Source: Gemmatales bacterium
GTDB lineage: Bacteria; Planctomycetota; Planctomycetia; Gemmatales; HRBIN36
Direction: 5' to 3'
Length of the DNA: 64,000 bases
NCBI GenBank assembly: GCA_041640595.1
Contig: JBEPZY010000005.1
Location: forward strand, 224,001 to 288,000
Below the pieces are notes generated by a model, which made no database searches, was not told where the DNA came from, and saw only the letters and a list, made by a program, of their open reading frames with translations. This document shows positions 1-9,486 of the stretch, piece after piece. The translations under genes were made by a program, and so were the position numbers. How positions within the stretch are numbered: the first letter of the stretch is position 1; each line of letters begins with the position of its first letter.

Positions 1-54
1 TTCGAGTTTGATAACCAGACTAGGTCGGGATGTCCAGCTCAGCATGCCCATCGT

Positions 55-1263
55 TCAGGGTTGGCGCTGGGGGATGGGCCGGGAGTCATTTGGTCGCAAT
101 TTCTGGAATAATTCGAGCCAGGAAAGAGTTATCCGGTCTGCCAGCGATGTGGACTGGCGACATTCTTCGGGGGTTTTACCCCAGTAAAAACCAAGCCAGC
201 CAGAGGCGTACTTGCGCGAACCCAAAATGAATCTTTCCAGCTCCGCCGCCGAGCAGTGGAGCGGAAAAGTTTCCTCGATGACCAGTGGTTTACCGAGGGC
301 GTATTCTTCCAGCCGTTGGACAGCCGCTTCGATTTCACCGCTCTTTGGGTAAATGTGCAAGCTCAAAAAATCCAGATAGCGAGCCAGGATTTTCGGGTCG
401 AAACCGGAATGGAATTTGCGGCGTTCTATGTTGCCGTCGAGCAAACCGACGGTGATCAGCGTTCGCGCATCGTAGCGTCGAATCGCTGACACCAGCGTTC
501 GCAGCCATTGCTCGCCAATTTCTTCTCGTGCTCGGCCAGCAGGATCAAGTGTGAGGAACTGAACAAAACACTTTCCGCCGAACTCAGGCCCTAACCATTC
601 TCCCGGTAACCTTCTTGAACCCGGAATGACGGGTTCGTTCATCAGATCGTAACACCAGACCGCGGGATGACCGGCGCAGGTCTGGGCGACCGCTTCCCAG
701 AAACGCACGTGGATAGCCCAGCGCTGCGCTTCGGGTAGCGCATCATACCAGGCTGGTGTATCCCGGCGATGATAACAGCCCAGGCCTGTCAGATCGAGAT
801 ACAATCCGGTCTCGGCTGCCAGATCCAGCAGGCGTCGCAAGGTACCGAGCGCTTGCGGGCAGGGCCGATCCGGAACCGGTAAGAATCGCCCCACTTGCAG
901 ATGAATCCGCACTACACAGGCACCGAGTTGTTTCATTTCACGAAAGTCGGCGACTACTTTGTCCCATTCGCTGTTCCAGTAGTCCTCGATCAGCCGGCCG
1001 GTCTCGTCGTGATCGTAATTGAATCCCCAGGGAATAAACCGATCTCCGGAGTCAGCGAAACGGAATCCCCGGCCATCAGGCGTCAGCTCAATGCGCTGCA
1101 TTGGCTGCAGTACGTGAAAGCGACTGCTTTCGCTGCGGACTTCGCACTTCATCTGCGAAAGACAAAGCAATCCGGACAGGCTCATTGCAACAATGACCGC
1201 GAACGTATTGCTAGCGGTTAACTCTCTCTCGAATAGGCCGGGCTTTTTCGGTGCGTGTGCCAT
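55..1263 (-). CDS. Glycoside hydrolase family 5 (cellulase-like) protein
   Basis: GH5-type motifs WGFNY, VVRIH, acid/base LMNEP, SLHIYP and nucleophile region VIEETF. ATG at 1263 has a strong GGAGGAGG SD. The catalytic domain begins near MQRIEL (~1101). Confidence 0.8.
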   Translation of the reverse strand: MAHAPKKPGLFERELTASNTFAVIVAMSLSGLLCLSQMKCEVRSESSRFHVLQPMQRIELTPDGRGFRFADSGDRFIPWGFNYDHDETGRLIEDYWNSEWDKVVADFREMKQLGACVVRIHLQVGRFLPVPDRPCPQALGTLRRLLDLAAETGLYLDLTGLGCYHRRDTPAWYDALPEAQRWAIHVRFWEAVAQTCAGHPAVWCYDLMNEPVIPGSRRLPGEWLGPEFGGKCFVQFLTLDPAGRAREEIGEQWLRTLVSAIRRYDARTLITVGLLDGNIERRKFHSGFDPKILARYLDFLSLHIYPKSGEIEAAVQRLEEYALGKPLVIEETFPLHCSAAELERFILGSRKYASGWLGFYWGKTPEECRQSTSLADRITLSWLELFQKLRPNDSRPIPQRQP

Positions 1264-1369
1264 TGTCCTCCTCCCTGGCCATTTGCGAAGCTGATGCCGC
1301 GCTGGTCATCGGTAGCGCTGTACGTATATCCTGCGCCGCTTTTGGCATTTTCAACGTCAGCCCTACGGG

Positions 1370-1465
1370 GTGGCTCTGGTTCTTTATAATCCTTCCCCCG
1401 GAGCTTGTCAACTTCTTCGTTCAGTTCGCGGATGCGTGGCTCTGGTTCTTTATAATCCTTCCCCC
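1370..1465. repeat. Two perfect 30-bp direct repeats (GTGGCTCTGGTTCTTTATAATCCTTCCCCC) separated by a 36-bp unique spacer
   Basis: Copies at 1370-1399 and 1436-1465, read directly. Confidence 0.95.
1383..1411 (-). promoter_or_regulatory. Sigma70-type promoter TTGACA-N17-TATAAA for the GH5 gene
   Basis: Minus strand TTGACA at 1411-1406, 17-nt spacer, TATAAA at 1388-1383; about 120 nt upstream of ATG 1263. Confidence 0.7.
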
Positions 1466-1599
1466 TCCGCCTCAAACAGACTCTACGGATTGTCGCCACA
1501 ACTCGCCAAACCACGCCGGTGGCCATCTTTCCTTTCGCCTTTCAGCTGCGACAATGGAGATACGATCGTCCGGCGGAGCCGGCAATGCACCAATAGGAT

Positions 1600-3708
1600 G
1601 TGACCATGTACCTGATTTTCGCGCTGCACAATCACCAACCGGTCGGCAATTTCGGCTTCGTCTTCGAACAGGCCTACCGCGACGGCTATGAGCCATTCCT
1701 GGATTTGGTCGAGAATTTTCCTGACCTGCAATTTTCGTTGCATCTCAGCGGATCGCTTTTGGAATGGCTGCAGGCCGAGCGGCCGCAGTACGTGCAACGG
1801 TTGCGGAACTTAATCAGCCGCGGTCAGGTGGAGTTACTCGGAGGCGCTTATTACGAACCGATCCTTGCTATGTTGCCGCGGCGAGACCGACTCGGACAGG
1901 TGGCCCGTTATCGCGAGCATTTGCAGCAACTCTTCGACACCACCATTCAGGGCGCCTGGCTGGCGGAGCGTGTCTGGGAGCAGGAACTGGCATCGGATCT
2001 CGCTCAGGCCGGGATCACCTTCACGCTCCTCGACGACTTCCATTTTCGCCAGGCCGGAGTTCCCGAGCAGGATTTATGCGGTTATTTCCTGACGGAAGAT
2101 CAGGGAAGGTTGCTGCGCATTTTCCCGATCAGCGAACCGTTGCGCTATCTGGTTCCCTGGAAAGAGCCGCAAGAAAGCATCGAATACCTCCGGCAATTGC
2201 ACGCCCGCAAGCCGAACGCTGTCGCCGTGTGTGCTGATGACGGAGAGAAATTCGGCGTCTGGCCGGAGACGCATGAACATTGTTACCGGCGCGGCTGGCT
2301 GCACCGCTGGTTCGAGTTGCTGATGCAAAATCGGGACTGGTTGCAGCTAACCAGTTTTCGACATGTTCTGGAAACGCAACCGCCTGTGGGCCTGGTTTAT
2401 TTACCGGATTGCAGTTATCGGGAGATGACCGAGTGGGCGTTACCGCCTCAGGCGCAGCGAACCTTATTGGAGTTGAAGCGACAATTCGAGCAGGATCCTC
2501 GCTGGCCGCAGCTTCGCACCTTCTTACGCGGTGGATTCTGGCGAAATTTCCTGGCCCGCTATCCTGAAGTCCGGGAAATGTACGGGCGTATGCGTGAGGT
2601 GAGCGAACTGGTAGCCCAGGCAGAAGCCCAGGCCCATCCAGAAATCGAACAGGCGCGGTTAGACCTATATCGCGGTCAGGTTAATTGTCCCTACTGGCAC
2701 GGAGCATTCGGGGGACTCTATTTGCCCCATTTGCGCCAGGCGGTTTATCACCACCTGATACGAGCCGAGACCCGACTCCGCACTTCAACCGAAGCAGAAG
2801 TCCGCACAGGTGACTGGAATTGCGACGGCCAGCAGGAGCTAAGTCTCATAAACCAGTATATGCGTCTTTATATCGCTCCAGAGCAGGGCGGCAGCATTTA
2901 CGAATGGGACATTTATCCTCTTTGCCATAACTTATTAGCAACCCTGAATCGCCGGCCGGAAAGTTACCACTGGACTATCCTGGAAGCTGCTGGCGTGTCC
3001 CAGACCGGCTCGTTGGGTGCTTTGCATGAGCAAATCAAGTTCAAACACCCGGAATTGCATAAGCTCCTTTATTACGATCGCTATCACCGCAAGAGTCTCC
3101 TGGAACATATTTACCCAGCAGAAACTACGCTGCAACATCTCATCCGTTTGGAAGAGCGCGATTTAATCCAGGCTGTTCACGGCCGCTGGAGCTGGCAAAT
3201 TGAGCAGACGAAACAAGTGCTGCGACTTATTCTGCTACATGAGGCTAGTTTGCTCGATAGACCTATACGCCTGATAAAGACCTTGATTGTTCCTCGGCGC
3301 CGTCCAGTGCTGGAAGTTCAGTATCGCTGTGAGAATCTTCCCGCGGGCACATATATTTTCGCCTCCGAATGGAATTTCGCAGGTCTGGCCCCGGATGCCG
3401 AGGATCGCTACTACTGGGGTAACAACGGCGGAAAACTCGCACGCTTAGGCGAATCCCTGGAGCTGGAGCCAACGACACTTTTCGGACTGGCGGATGATTG
3501 GCTCGGCTTACGGATCGCGATACGTTGTGAGCCGGCGGCAGCCTTCTGGGCCTTTCCAATTCAGACGGTAAGTCAGTCCGAAGGTGGATTCGAGCTGGTA
3601 TATCAAAGCTCAGCGGTCCTTCCGCACTGGCAAATTCAAACTTCCGATGGCGGAGAGTGGTTCGCTTCCATCACTTTTCAGATCTCCGCGCGGGAACATC
3701 GCTCTTAG
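1600..3708 (+). CDS. GH57 alpha-amylase / 4-alpha-glucanotransferase
   Basis: HNHQP, WLAERVW (nucleophile), DDGEKFG (acid/base), SYREMTEW, YWHGAFGGLYLPHLR, C-terminal SQSEGGFE. Start may be ATG 1606. Confidence 0.92.
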   Translation: MTMYLIFALHNHQPVGNFGFVFEQAYRDGYEPFLDLVENFPDLQFSLHLSGSLLEWLQAERPQYVQRLRNLISRGQVELLGGAYYEPILAMLPRRDRLGQVARYREHLQQLFDTTIQGAWLAERVWEQELASDLAQAGITFTLLDDFHFRQAGVPEQDLCGYFLTEDQGRLLRIFPISEPLRYLVPWKEPQESIEYLRQLHARKPNAVAVCADDGEKFGVWPETHEHCYRRGWLHRWFELLMQNRDWLQLTSFRHVLETQPPVGLVYLPDCSYREMTEWALPPQAQRTLLELKRQFEQDPRWPQLRTFLRGGFWRNFLARYPEVREMYGRMREVSELVAQAEAQAHPEIEQARLDLYRGQVNCPYWHGAFGGLYLPHLRQAVYHHLIRAETRLRTSTEAEVRTGDWNCDGQQELSLINQYMRLYIAPEQGGSIYEWDIYPLCHNLLATLNRRPESYHWTILEAAGVSQTGSLGALHEQIKFKHPELHKLLYYDRYHRKSLLEHIYPAETTLQHLIRLEERDLIQAVHGRWSWQIEQTKQVLRLILLHEASLLDRPIRLIKTLIVPRRRPVLEVQYRCENLPAGTYIFASEWNFAGLAPDAEDRYYWGNNGGKLARLGESLELEPTTLFGLADDWLGLRIAIRCEPAAAFWAFPIQTVSQSEGGFELVYQSSAVLPHWQIQTSDGGEWFASITFQISAREHRS

Positions 3709-3803
3709 TGCTACGGCGACTTTTGCCGTCGAACCCAGCGCCGTGGACCTTGCTTAGGGATAGCTTTTTGAGCACTAGTTAAGGCCTTTTCCTTGTCTAA
3801 TGC

Positions 3804-4415
3804 TTAGGAACCGTCACTGAAATGAGAAACGATTTCTGCCGTGTTTAGATAGAGGATGCCGAGTTGTTCAGCCTCACGGCGAGCATGATCTTGAAAGAGA
3901 CCAGCTGCCGGGATATCTATGCCAGCGCTGGCGTCATCGGCAATAATCACTTGAAAACCTGCTTTTCGCAAGTCGCGAGCGGTATAGAAAACGCATATAT
4001 TCTTAGCCAGACCGCACACAACCACGCTTTCGATATTAGTGGAACGCAGTAAGGCAATGAAGGCCGGATGCTGGGCAGTAATCGCATAAGCGTCGCGGTC
4101 GCGAAAGAAACCTTTACGCCAAATCGTATGGAACCGTTCGCTACGCAGGCCAGGTAAGAAGTCCGCTCCGCGCGTACCTTGAACGCAATGCGGGGGATAA
4201 AGGTTATCGCGCTGTCCGAAAAAACTGCAATGATCAGGCGGATGCCAATCCTGGCTGGCGTCTATCCGCGCCCAGTTCAGCTCAAGCAGGCGATTAATGG
4301 CGGGGACAATGGCCAGGCCACCAGGTACCGGTAATTCCTGCGGACACAATTCGCTGAAGCCGCACTGCGCATCTACGACAATCAAGGCACTGGTCTCTAA
4401 GTTGCCGAGCCGCAT
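3804..4415 (-). CDS. pncA: Nicotinamidase/pyrazinamidase (isochorismatase family)
   Basis: VVDAQ, QDWHP, PPHCVQGT, RKG, GLAKNICV motifs. Confidence 0.85.
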   Translation of the reverse strand: MRLGNLETSALIVVDAQCGFSELCPQELPVPGGLAIVPAINRLLELNWARIDASQDWHPPDHCSFFGQRDNLYPPHCVQGTRGADFLPGLRSERFHTIWRKGFFRDRDAYAITAQHPAFIALLRSTNIESVVVCGLAKNICVFYTARDLRKAGFQVIIADDASAGIDIPAAGLFQDHARREAEQLGILYLNTAEIVSHFSDGS

Positions 4416-4417
4416 GG

Positions 4418-7153
4418 TCAGCGTGGGGTCGCTTGGTTTGCTTTCGGAAAATCACCCGCTACCACAATAAAGAGTTTTTCCGGAACTACATATTGCCGCA
4501 AGGCCTGGTGGATTTCCCGCGGCTGTAAATTGCGGATTCGGGTTTCCAGGTCTTGATAATATGCCATGGTTCTTCCTTCATAAGCCAGCTCGGCAAGGAG
4601 AGAGGCGAGAGTAGCGTCGTTAGTGCGGGCGACACGCTGTTGTTCCAGCCAGCCTTTTTTCGCACGGGCTACCTCTTCTTCAGTAACGCCATCACGGCGA
4701 ATCTTCTCGATTTCTTCACGGATAAGTTTCTCAACACGATCACGGTTCTGCGGATTATAGATCGCATAAATCAGGAAGCTGGCTCGCTTATCCAGAGCCG
4801 AAGCCGCAAATCGGGAGCCGACACCGTAAGATAGACCCTCTTTTTCCCGAATACGATCGCCAAGTCGCGAAGATAAGGTGTTGTTGCCGAGAATATAGTC
4901 GCCCAAAACGAGAGCCGGAAATTCCGGGTCAGTGTCACTAAGAGGAAACACCAGACCGGCGACATAAATGGCGTTCGCTTTGTCTGGGGTTACTATCACC
5001 TCGCGTCCGGGTTTATACTCGGTGGCTGGACGAGGAATGCGTGCATAAGGTTGGGAGGCTTTCCAATCACTGACCAATGCGGAGAGCAGAGGTTTAGTAG
5101 ATTCGAGATCGAAGTCGCCGACGATGGCCAATTCACCGGCTTGGCCGCTGAGGAAATTTTCGTAAAGCTGGCGTACTTGATTCACCTGCAAAGCGCGGAT
5201 GCGGGCAATTTCTTCCTCGATGGTCGGAATATAGCGAACATCATCCGGCGGATAGGCGTTGAGCTCGCGTCGCAATCGGCGTAGTGCCAGGGCTTGCGGG
5301 TCTTTGAGCTGCTGTTCTAAACCGGCGATGGATTGCTGCTTGAGAATTTCCAGCTCGGAATCGGCCAGGGCGGGTTCACGCAAAATGCCCTGCAGCAATT
5401 CCAGAGCCCGCGGTAAGTGTGTGCGCGTGGTTTGCAAATGGAAGCTGACCTGGCCAACTTCGCTGGAGACGCGCAGACGGGTGCGTGCCTTGTCAAGTTC
5501 ATCCTGCAACTGCTGGTAGCTTAGTTTACGTGTACCTCGCCGCATCAGGTCGCCAAGAAACTCAGCTGCCGTCGCGTAAGGTTTCAGACTATCGGCAGTG
5601 CCGTACCGCAGTGTCAAGGTAAGATTTACTGTCTGACCGCGGGTCTTTTTAGGTAACAAAACTGCCTGAACCCCGCCGAATTGTGTGCGCTGAACACGTT
5701 GCTCGATATTCGCCGGACTAACATCAAATACCTCGCCAGCAGTTATAGTGTCGCGGCCTTTATAGTCCTTGACCATCGCCGTAACATCGGGCGTGGGCGG
5801 AATAGCCACCCGTTCCGGCTGGGTTGTAGGAATATACATCCCCAGGGTGCGATTGTTGCGACGGAGATATTTCGCGGCTACCTCACGGACATCTTTAGGG
5901 GTTACTTTTTCGACACGGTCGCGGTAAAGGAAAAACAACCGCCAGTCTCCTTGCGCTGCCCATTCGCTCAGTTGAATGGCGATTCGCTGGCTATTGGTCC
6001 AGGCAAGTTCCCAATCCTTGAGCAGTTGCTGCTTAGCACGTTCCACTTCCTCATCGGTGGGCGGTTTGCTGGTAAACTCTTCCACTTCGCGCAGCAGTAT
6101 CTCCTTGACTTCTTCTAAGTTCCCGGTCTGCGGCACCTCGACCATGAATTCAATAATCCCCGGTTCGCGGAAGGCATAAGCATTGCCGGATACACTGGCG
6201 GCTTTTCTAGTCTCGACAAGTGCCTTATAAAGCCGGCCAGAAGGTGTGGCGCTAAGCACTTGATTGAGCACATCAATAGCAGCGAAATCCGGGTGGGCCC
6301 CTGCACAGATGTGATAGACTAAGCCGACAAGCTGGACGTTCCCGACGCGCCTTAACACCACGCAACGCTCTCCATCCTGCGGCGGTTCTTCGGTGTAAGT
6401 ATCCGGAAGTCGGCGTTGGGGCCGCGGAATTGCTCCGAAGTATTTTTCAATCCACCGCAGCGCCTTTTGCTCGTCGAAATGCCCGGCCACGATCAACAAG
6501 GCATTATCCGGCTGGTAGTATTTACGATAGAACTCGCGGAGATTCTCGACCGGCACACGTTCAATATCACTGCGATTGCCAATGGTCGCCTTGCCATAAT
6601 TGTGCCATTCATAAGCGACGGCAGTCATCCGCTGGCTGAGGATATAATGCGGATTATTCTCGCCCATTTCGAATTCGTTGCGAACTACGGTCATTTCGGA
6701 AGCCAAGTCTTCCCGGCGAATTAAGCTGTTAACCAGTCGGTCAGCCTCGAGGCGGATGGCGAATTCCAGGTTGTCATCGGAAGCGGGCAGGGTTTCCCAA
6801 TAATTGGTGCGATCCACCCAGGTTGTGCCGTTGAAGCGAGCACCACGTTCAGCGAGTGCCTTGGGAATGTTCGGGTGGGTGGGCGTTCCCTTGAAAAGCA
6901 TGTGCTCCAGCAAATGGGCCATTCCGGTTTCGCCATAACCTTCGTGCCGCGAGCCGACGAAAACGGTAAGATTCACGGTTACCGTGGGCCTGGAGGGATC
7001 GGGAAACAGCAGCACTTTCAGGCCATTTTCGAGTTCATATTCGGTGATCCCCTCGACAGTGGTGACCTTTTTTGCTTCCGCCACTAAGGCACGTTGCCCG
7101 ACAAGAAGCATCAGGGCGGCAAGCAGACCAACCAGCATGTTTCGCGATTGCAT
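4418..7153 (-). CDS. Secreted M16 family zinc protease (pitrilysin/PqqL-like)
   Basis: Signal peptide, HLLEH inverted zinc motif, NGTT..DRTNY, IREKEGLSY in the C-terminal half. Confidence 0.92.
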   Translation of the reverse strand: MQSRNMLVGLLAALMLLVGQRALVAEAKKVTTVEGITEYELENGLKVLLFPDPSRPTVTVNLTVFVGSRHEGYGETGMAHLLEHMLFKGTPTHPNIPKALAERGARFNGTTWVDRTNYWETLPASDDNLEFAIRLEADRLVNSLIRREDLASEMTVVRNEFEMGENNPHYILSQRMTAVAYEWHNYGKATIGNRSDIERVPVENLREFYRKYYQPDNALLIVAGHFDEQKALRWIEKYFGAIPRPQRRLPDTYTEEPPQDGERCVVLRRVGNVQLVGLVYHICAGAHPDFAAIDVLNQVLSATPSGRLYKALVETRKAASVSGNAYAFREPGIIEFMVEVPQTGNLEEVKEILLREVEEFTSKPPTDEEVERAKQQLLKDWELAWTNSQRIAIQLSEWAAQGDWRLFFLYRDRVEKVTPKDVREVAAKYLRRNNRTLGMYIPTTQPERVAIPPTPDVTAMVKDYKGRDTITAGEVFDVSPANIEQRVQRTQFGGVQAVLLPKKTRGQTVNLTLTLRYGTADSLKPYATAAEFLGDLMRRGTRKLSYQQLQDELDKARTRLRVSSEVGQVSFHLQTTRTHLPRALELLQGILREPALADSELEILKQQSIAGLEQQLKDPQALALRRLRRELNAYPPDDVRYIPTIEEEIARIRALQVNQVRQLYENFLSGQAGELAIVGDFDLESTKPLLSALVSDWKASQPYARIPRPATEYKPGREVIVTPDKANAIYVAGLVFPLSDTDPEFPALVLGDYILGNNTLSSRLGDRIREKEGLSYGVGSRFAASALDKRASFLIYAIYNPQNRDRVEKLIREEIEKIRRDGVTEEEVARAKKGWLEQQRVARTNDATLASLLAELAYEGRTMAYYQDLETRIRNLQPREIHQALRQYVVPEKLFIVVAGDFPKANQATPR

Positions 7154-7433
7154 GGCGATACTCCGTTAGCACAGTTTGCACTATTTCCCAGCATGTTTTG
7201 TATGCCATTGTAGCAATTTCAGCCAACCGATCCCACGATCCAGGCGTTGCTTGGCTCAAACTCACTCGATGGCAAACAAACGCCTTGGCAGATAATCCCG
7301 GATTAGCTTGCTCCTTCATAGCAACCTCTTCCACGTATAGTGAGGCACACGAAACGATGCGGACGTCACTGCGCACGGCCGGGAGAAATGTTCCAGTTGC
7401 CGGTAACCTTTTATGGAGACCGACGGAACAACG

Positions 7434-8471
7434 CTAACGTCGTTGCAGACGGATGGGAATGGAAACAACCGTCTGACCAGGCTCCGCGAAATGGACTTTT
7501 ATCTCCAGGTTGGTTTCGCCAGGCGGTAGATGGTTGGGGTCCACGGTTACCTGTAGCGTGGTGATAGGAAAAGTCCCCTCGGCCCACCGACAGTTGAGGG
7601 CTGGATGAGGGGCCTCAGCGTGAGCGATGCGGCAAGCCTGGCCGTTTCGATCGCGGAAGGTGAAGAGCCGACTGACTGGCGTGTTGCCCGTCAGTACGAA
7701 ATTGCTCTCCGGCGGAGAAACAAGAATCCGTGAGGCCAGCAGTCGCCGCACTCGCACCGGCACAGTAATGCGTGGACATCTGGCATCGTCGGTCAGCAAA
7801 ACCACCTGCCCGTCCAGTACGGAGCCTTCTATTTCGGGACAAACCTGGAGCCGAATGCGCCACTGGTAAGGAGGCCCGCTGCCGCGAGGTTCTTCGATTA
7901 CCCTGGCCCGGAGTTGCGGAGCATTGGTTTCGCAGCCGAGAATTCGCAGCGGTTTGGCGCGATGATCGGTGATGAGCAGATCACACTCGCTCGCGCTTGA
8001 AAGGCTCAGCTCCAGTTGCGGTGGATGAACAGTAATTTCCCGAACCACGGTGGCCACAGCGGCCAGTCGAGTTTCCCGCATGGTTTCTCCGACACGATAG
8101 CGCAGGCATATTTCCCAAACGTTGCGGCCTGGCGGTGCACGAAGCGGATGCAGTGTGAGCCGCAGACGTGCCGGACGATCAGAAGTCGCGCGTCCGGAAA
8201 GAATTTCGACCTGCACGCATCCGCAGCTTGCCTGGGCCTGAAGCAACTCCGCTTCCACCGGGCCTACCGAGTGGAGCACGACTTCGCGTTGCGGCGTATC
8301 GAGGCTGGAGACCTGCCCAAAATCTACCGTGCTGGTGTCGGGAACCAATTCACCTCGCAAGGCGGACGCAGTCAGCAACCAGCTCGCCAGGCAAATGCCG
8401 CAGGCCATAATGAGATACAGCGACCAGAAAATAAGCGTTGACCGCCAGCAAGAGCGAGTCGCATCGGCCAT
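7434..8471 (-). CDS. DUF1573-type Ig-like repeat exported protein
   Basis: N-terminal hydrophobic segment, DFG..V and ASCGC motifs, beta-rich repeats. Confidence 0.7.
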   Translation of the reverse strand: MADATRSCWRSTLIFWSLYLIMACGICLASWLLTASALRGELVPDTSTVDFGQVSSLDTPQREVVLHSVGPVEAELLQAQASCGCVQVEILSGRATSDRPARLRLTLHPLRAPPGRNVWEICLRYRVGETMRETRLAAVATVVREITVHPPQLELSLSSASECDLLITDHRAKPLRILGCETNAPQLRARVIEEPRGSGPPYQWRIRLQVCPEIEGSVLDGQVVLLTDDARCPRITVPVRVRRLLASRILVSPPESNFVLTGNTPVSRLFTFRDRNGQACRIAHAEAPHPALNCRWAEGTFPITTLQVTVDPNHLPPGETNLEIKVHFAEPGQTVVSIPIRLQRR

Positions 8472-8644
8472 GGCTGGCCCTCGTTTCTCTGCCGCGCTGG
8501 TTTGTCTTCAGGGGGGTGGCTGATTTCGCATAACAGGTTCCTCGCCAGGTGCAAGACCATTTGCCCTGGTTCGACTACAATCGCAACGAAAGGGCGAAAA
8601 TTATTCCGAGCAGCCAGCTTCTTGAGTCCGAACAGGAGATAGCC

Positions 8645-9439
8645 GTGTACGTCGAAACGACCGGTGGACGCATTTACTGTGAAGTGGAAGGAGAAGGCCA
8701 GCCTATTGTGCTCGTACATGGTCTGGGGGCCACCAGCAACGTCTGGTACGGCATTCGCAACGTACTCAAACGACAATTTCGTGTGGTTGTGCTCGACTTG
8801 CCTGGTTCAGGCCGATCCGAAAAGCGTCAGCCGCATTACACGTTCCCGTCGTGGTGTAGCCAGCTCCACGAACTGGCCGAGCATCTGCAATTACCTCGCC
8901 TGGTGCTGGTTGGGCATTCGATGGGAACAGTGCTGGTGCAGCTTTTCGCCGCAACTTACCCGCAACGCGTTGCCGGCCTGGTGTTGTGCGGGCCGATAAT
9001 CGAGCTCTCGGAGACCCGCAAAGAGCTTTTCCGCAAACGCATCGAAGCGGTCTTGCGTGAGGGAATGCTGGCGGTTGCCGATGGAGTGGTTACAGGGGCG
9101 TTGACGGCGGCCACACGCGAAAGTGCCTCGCCCTTGCCCGGGTTGGTGCGGGAAATGCTGCTGGCAAACGACCCCGTGCATTATGCGGCTCAGTGTCGCG
9201 CACTGGTGGAAGGATCGGCTCGCGCTGCACTGCCGCAAATCCGTTGCCCGTTACTTATTCTGGAGGGCGATCAGGACACAGTTACGCCGCTGACCACCTG
9301 CCAGGAGATTCTGGCCGTTTTACCGCAGGCACAATTGCGCATCCTGCCTCACACCGGCCACTGGACCATGCTCGAACGACCGGAATTGGTCACCGCTGCC
9401 TTGCTGGAATTTCTGCCGAAATGTTTTGCCCCGGCGTAA
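8645..9439 (+). CDS. Alpha/beta hydrolase (enol-lactonase/esterase-like)
   Basis: HGLG, DLPGSGRS, GHSMG nucleophile elbow, GDQD, GH. GTG 8645 follows an AGGAG SD (ORF track start 8549). Confidence 0.88.
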   Translation: MYVETTGGRIYCEVEGEGQPIVLVHGLGATSNVWYGIRNVLKRQFRVVVLDLPGSGRSEKRQPHYTFPSWCSQLHELAEHLQLPRLVLVGHSMGTVLVQLFAATYPQRVAGLVLCGPIIELSETRKELFRKRIEAVLREGMLAVADGVVTGALTAATRESASPLPGLVREMLLANDPVHYAAQCRALVEGSARAALPQIRCPLLILEGDQDTVTPLTTCQEILAVLPQAQLRILPHTGHWTMLERPELVTAALLEFLPKCFAPA

Positions 9440-9486
9440 AATCACTGAGAATGAGTACGGGGAGCTAAAATTCGGCGTCTGGAACA

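Noticed and set aside
1370..1465. Calling this a bona fide CRISPR array
   Set aside because: Only two clear repeats, no cas genes, no recognisable repeat family; kept as a repeat and a finding
1218..1526. 102-aa ORF with duplicated RGKDYKEPEP
   Set aside because: Overlaps the promoter and start of the GH5 gene. The peptide repeat is a by-product of a perfect DNA repeat with no synonymous divergence. Not fully excluded.
7035..7376. Small minus-strand ORF with an SD-like sequence before MKEQ
   Set aside because: Overlaps the M16 protease start out of frame and has no recognisable features
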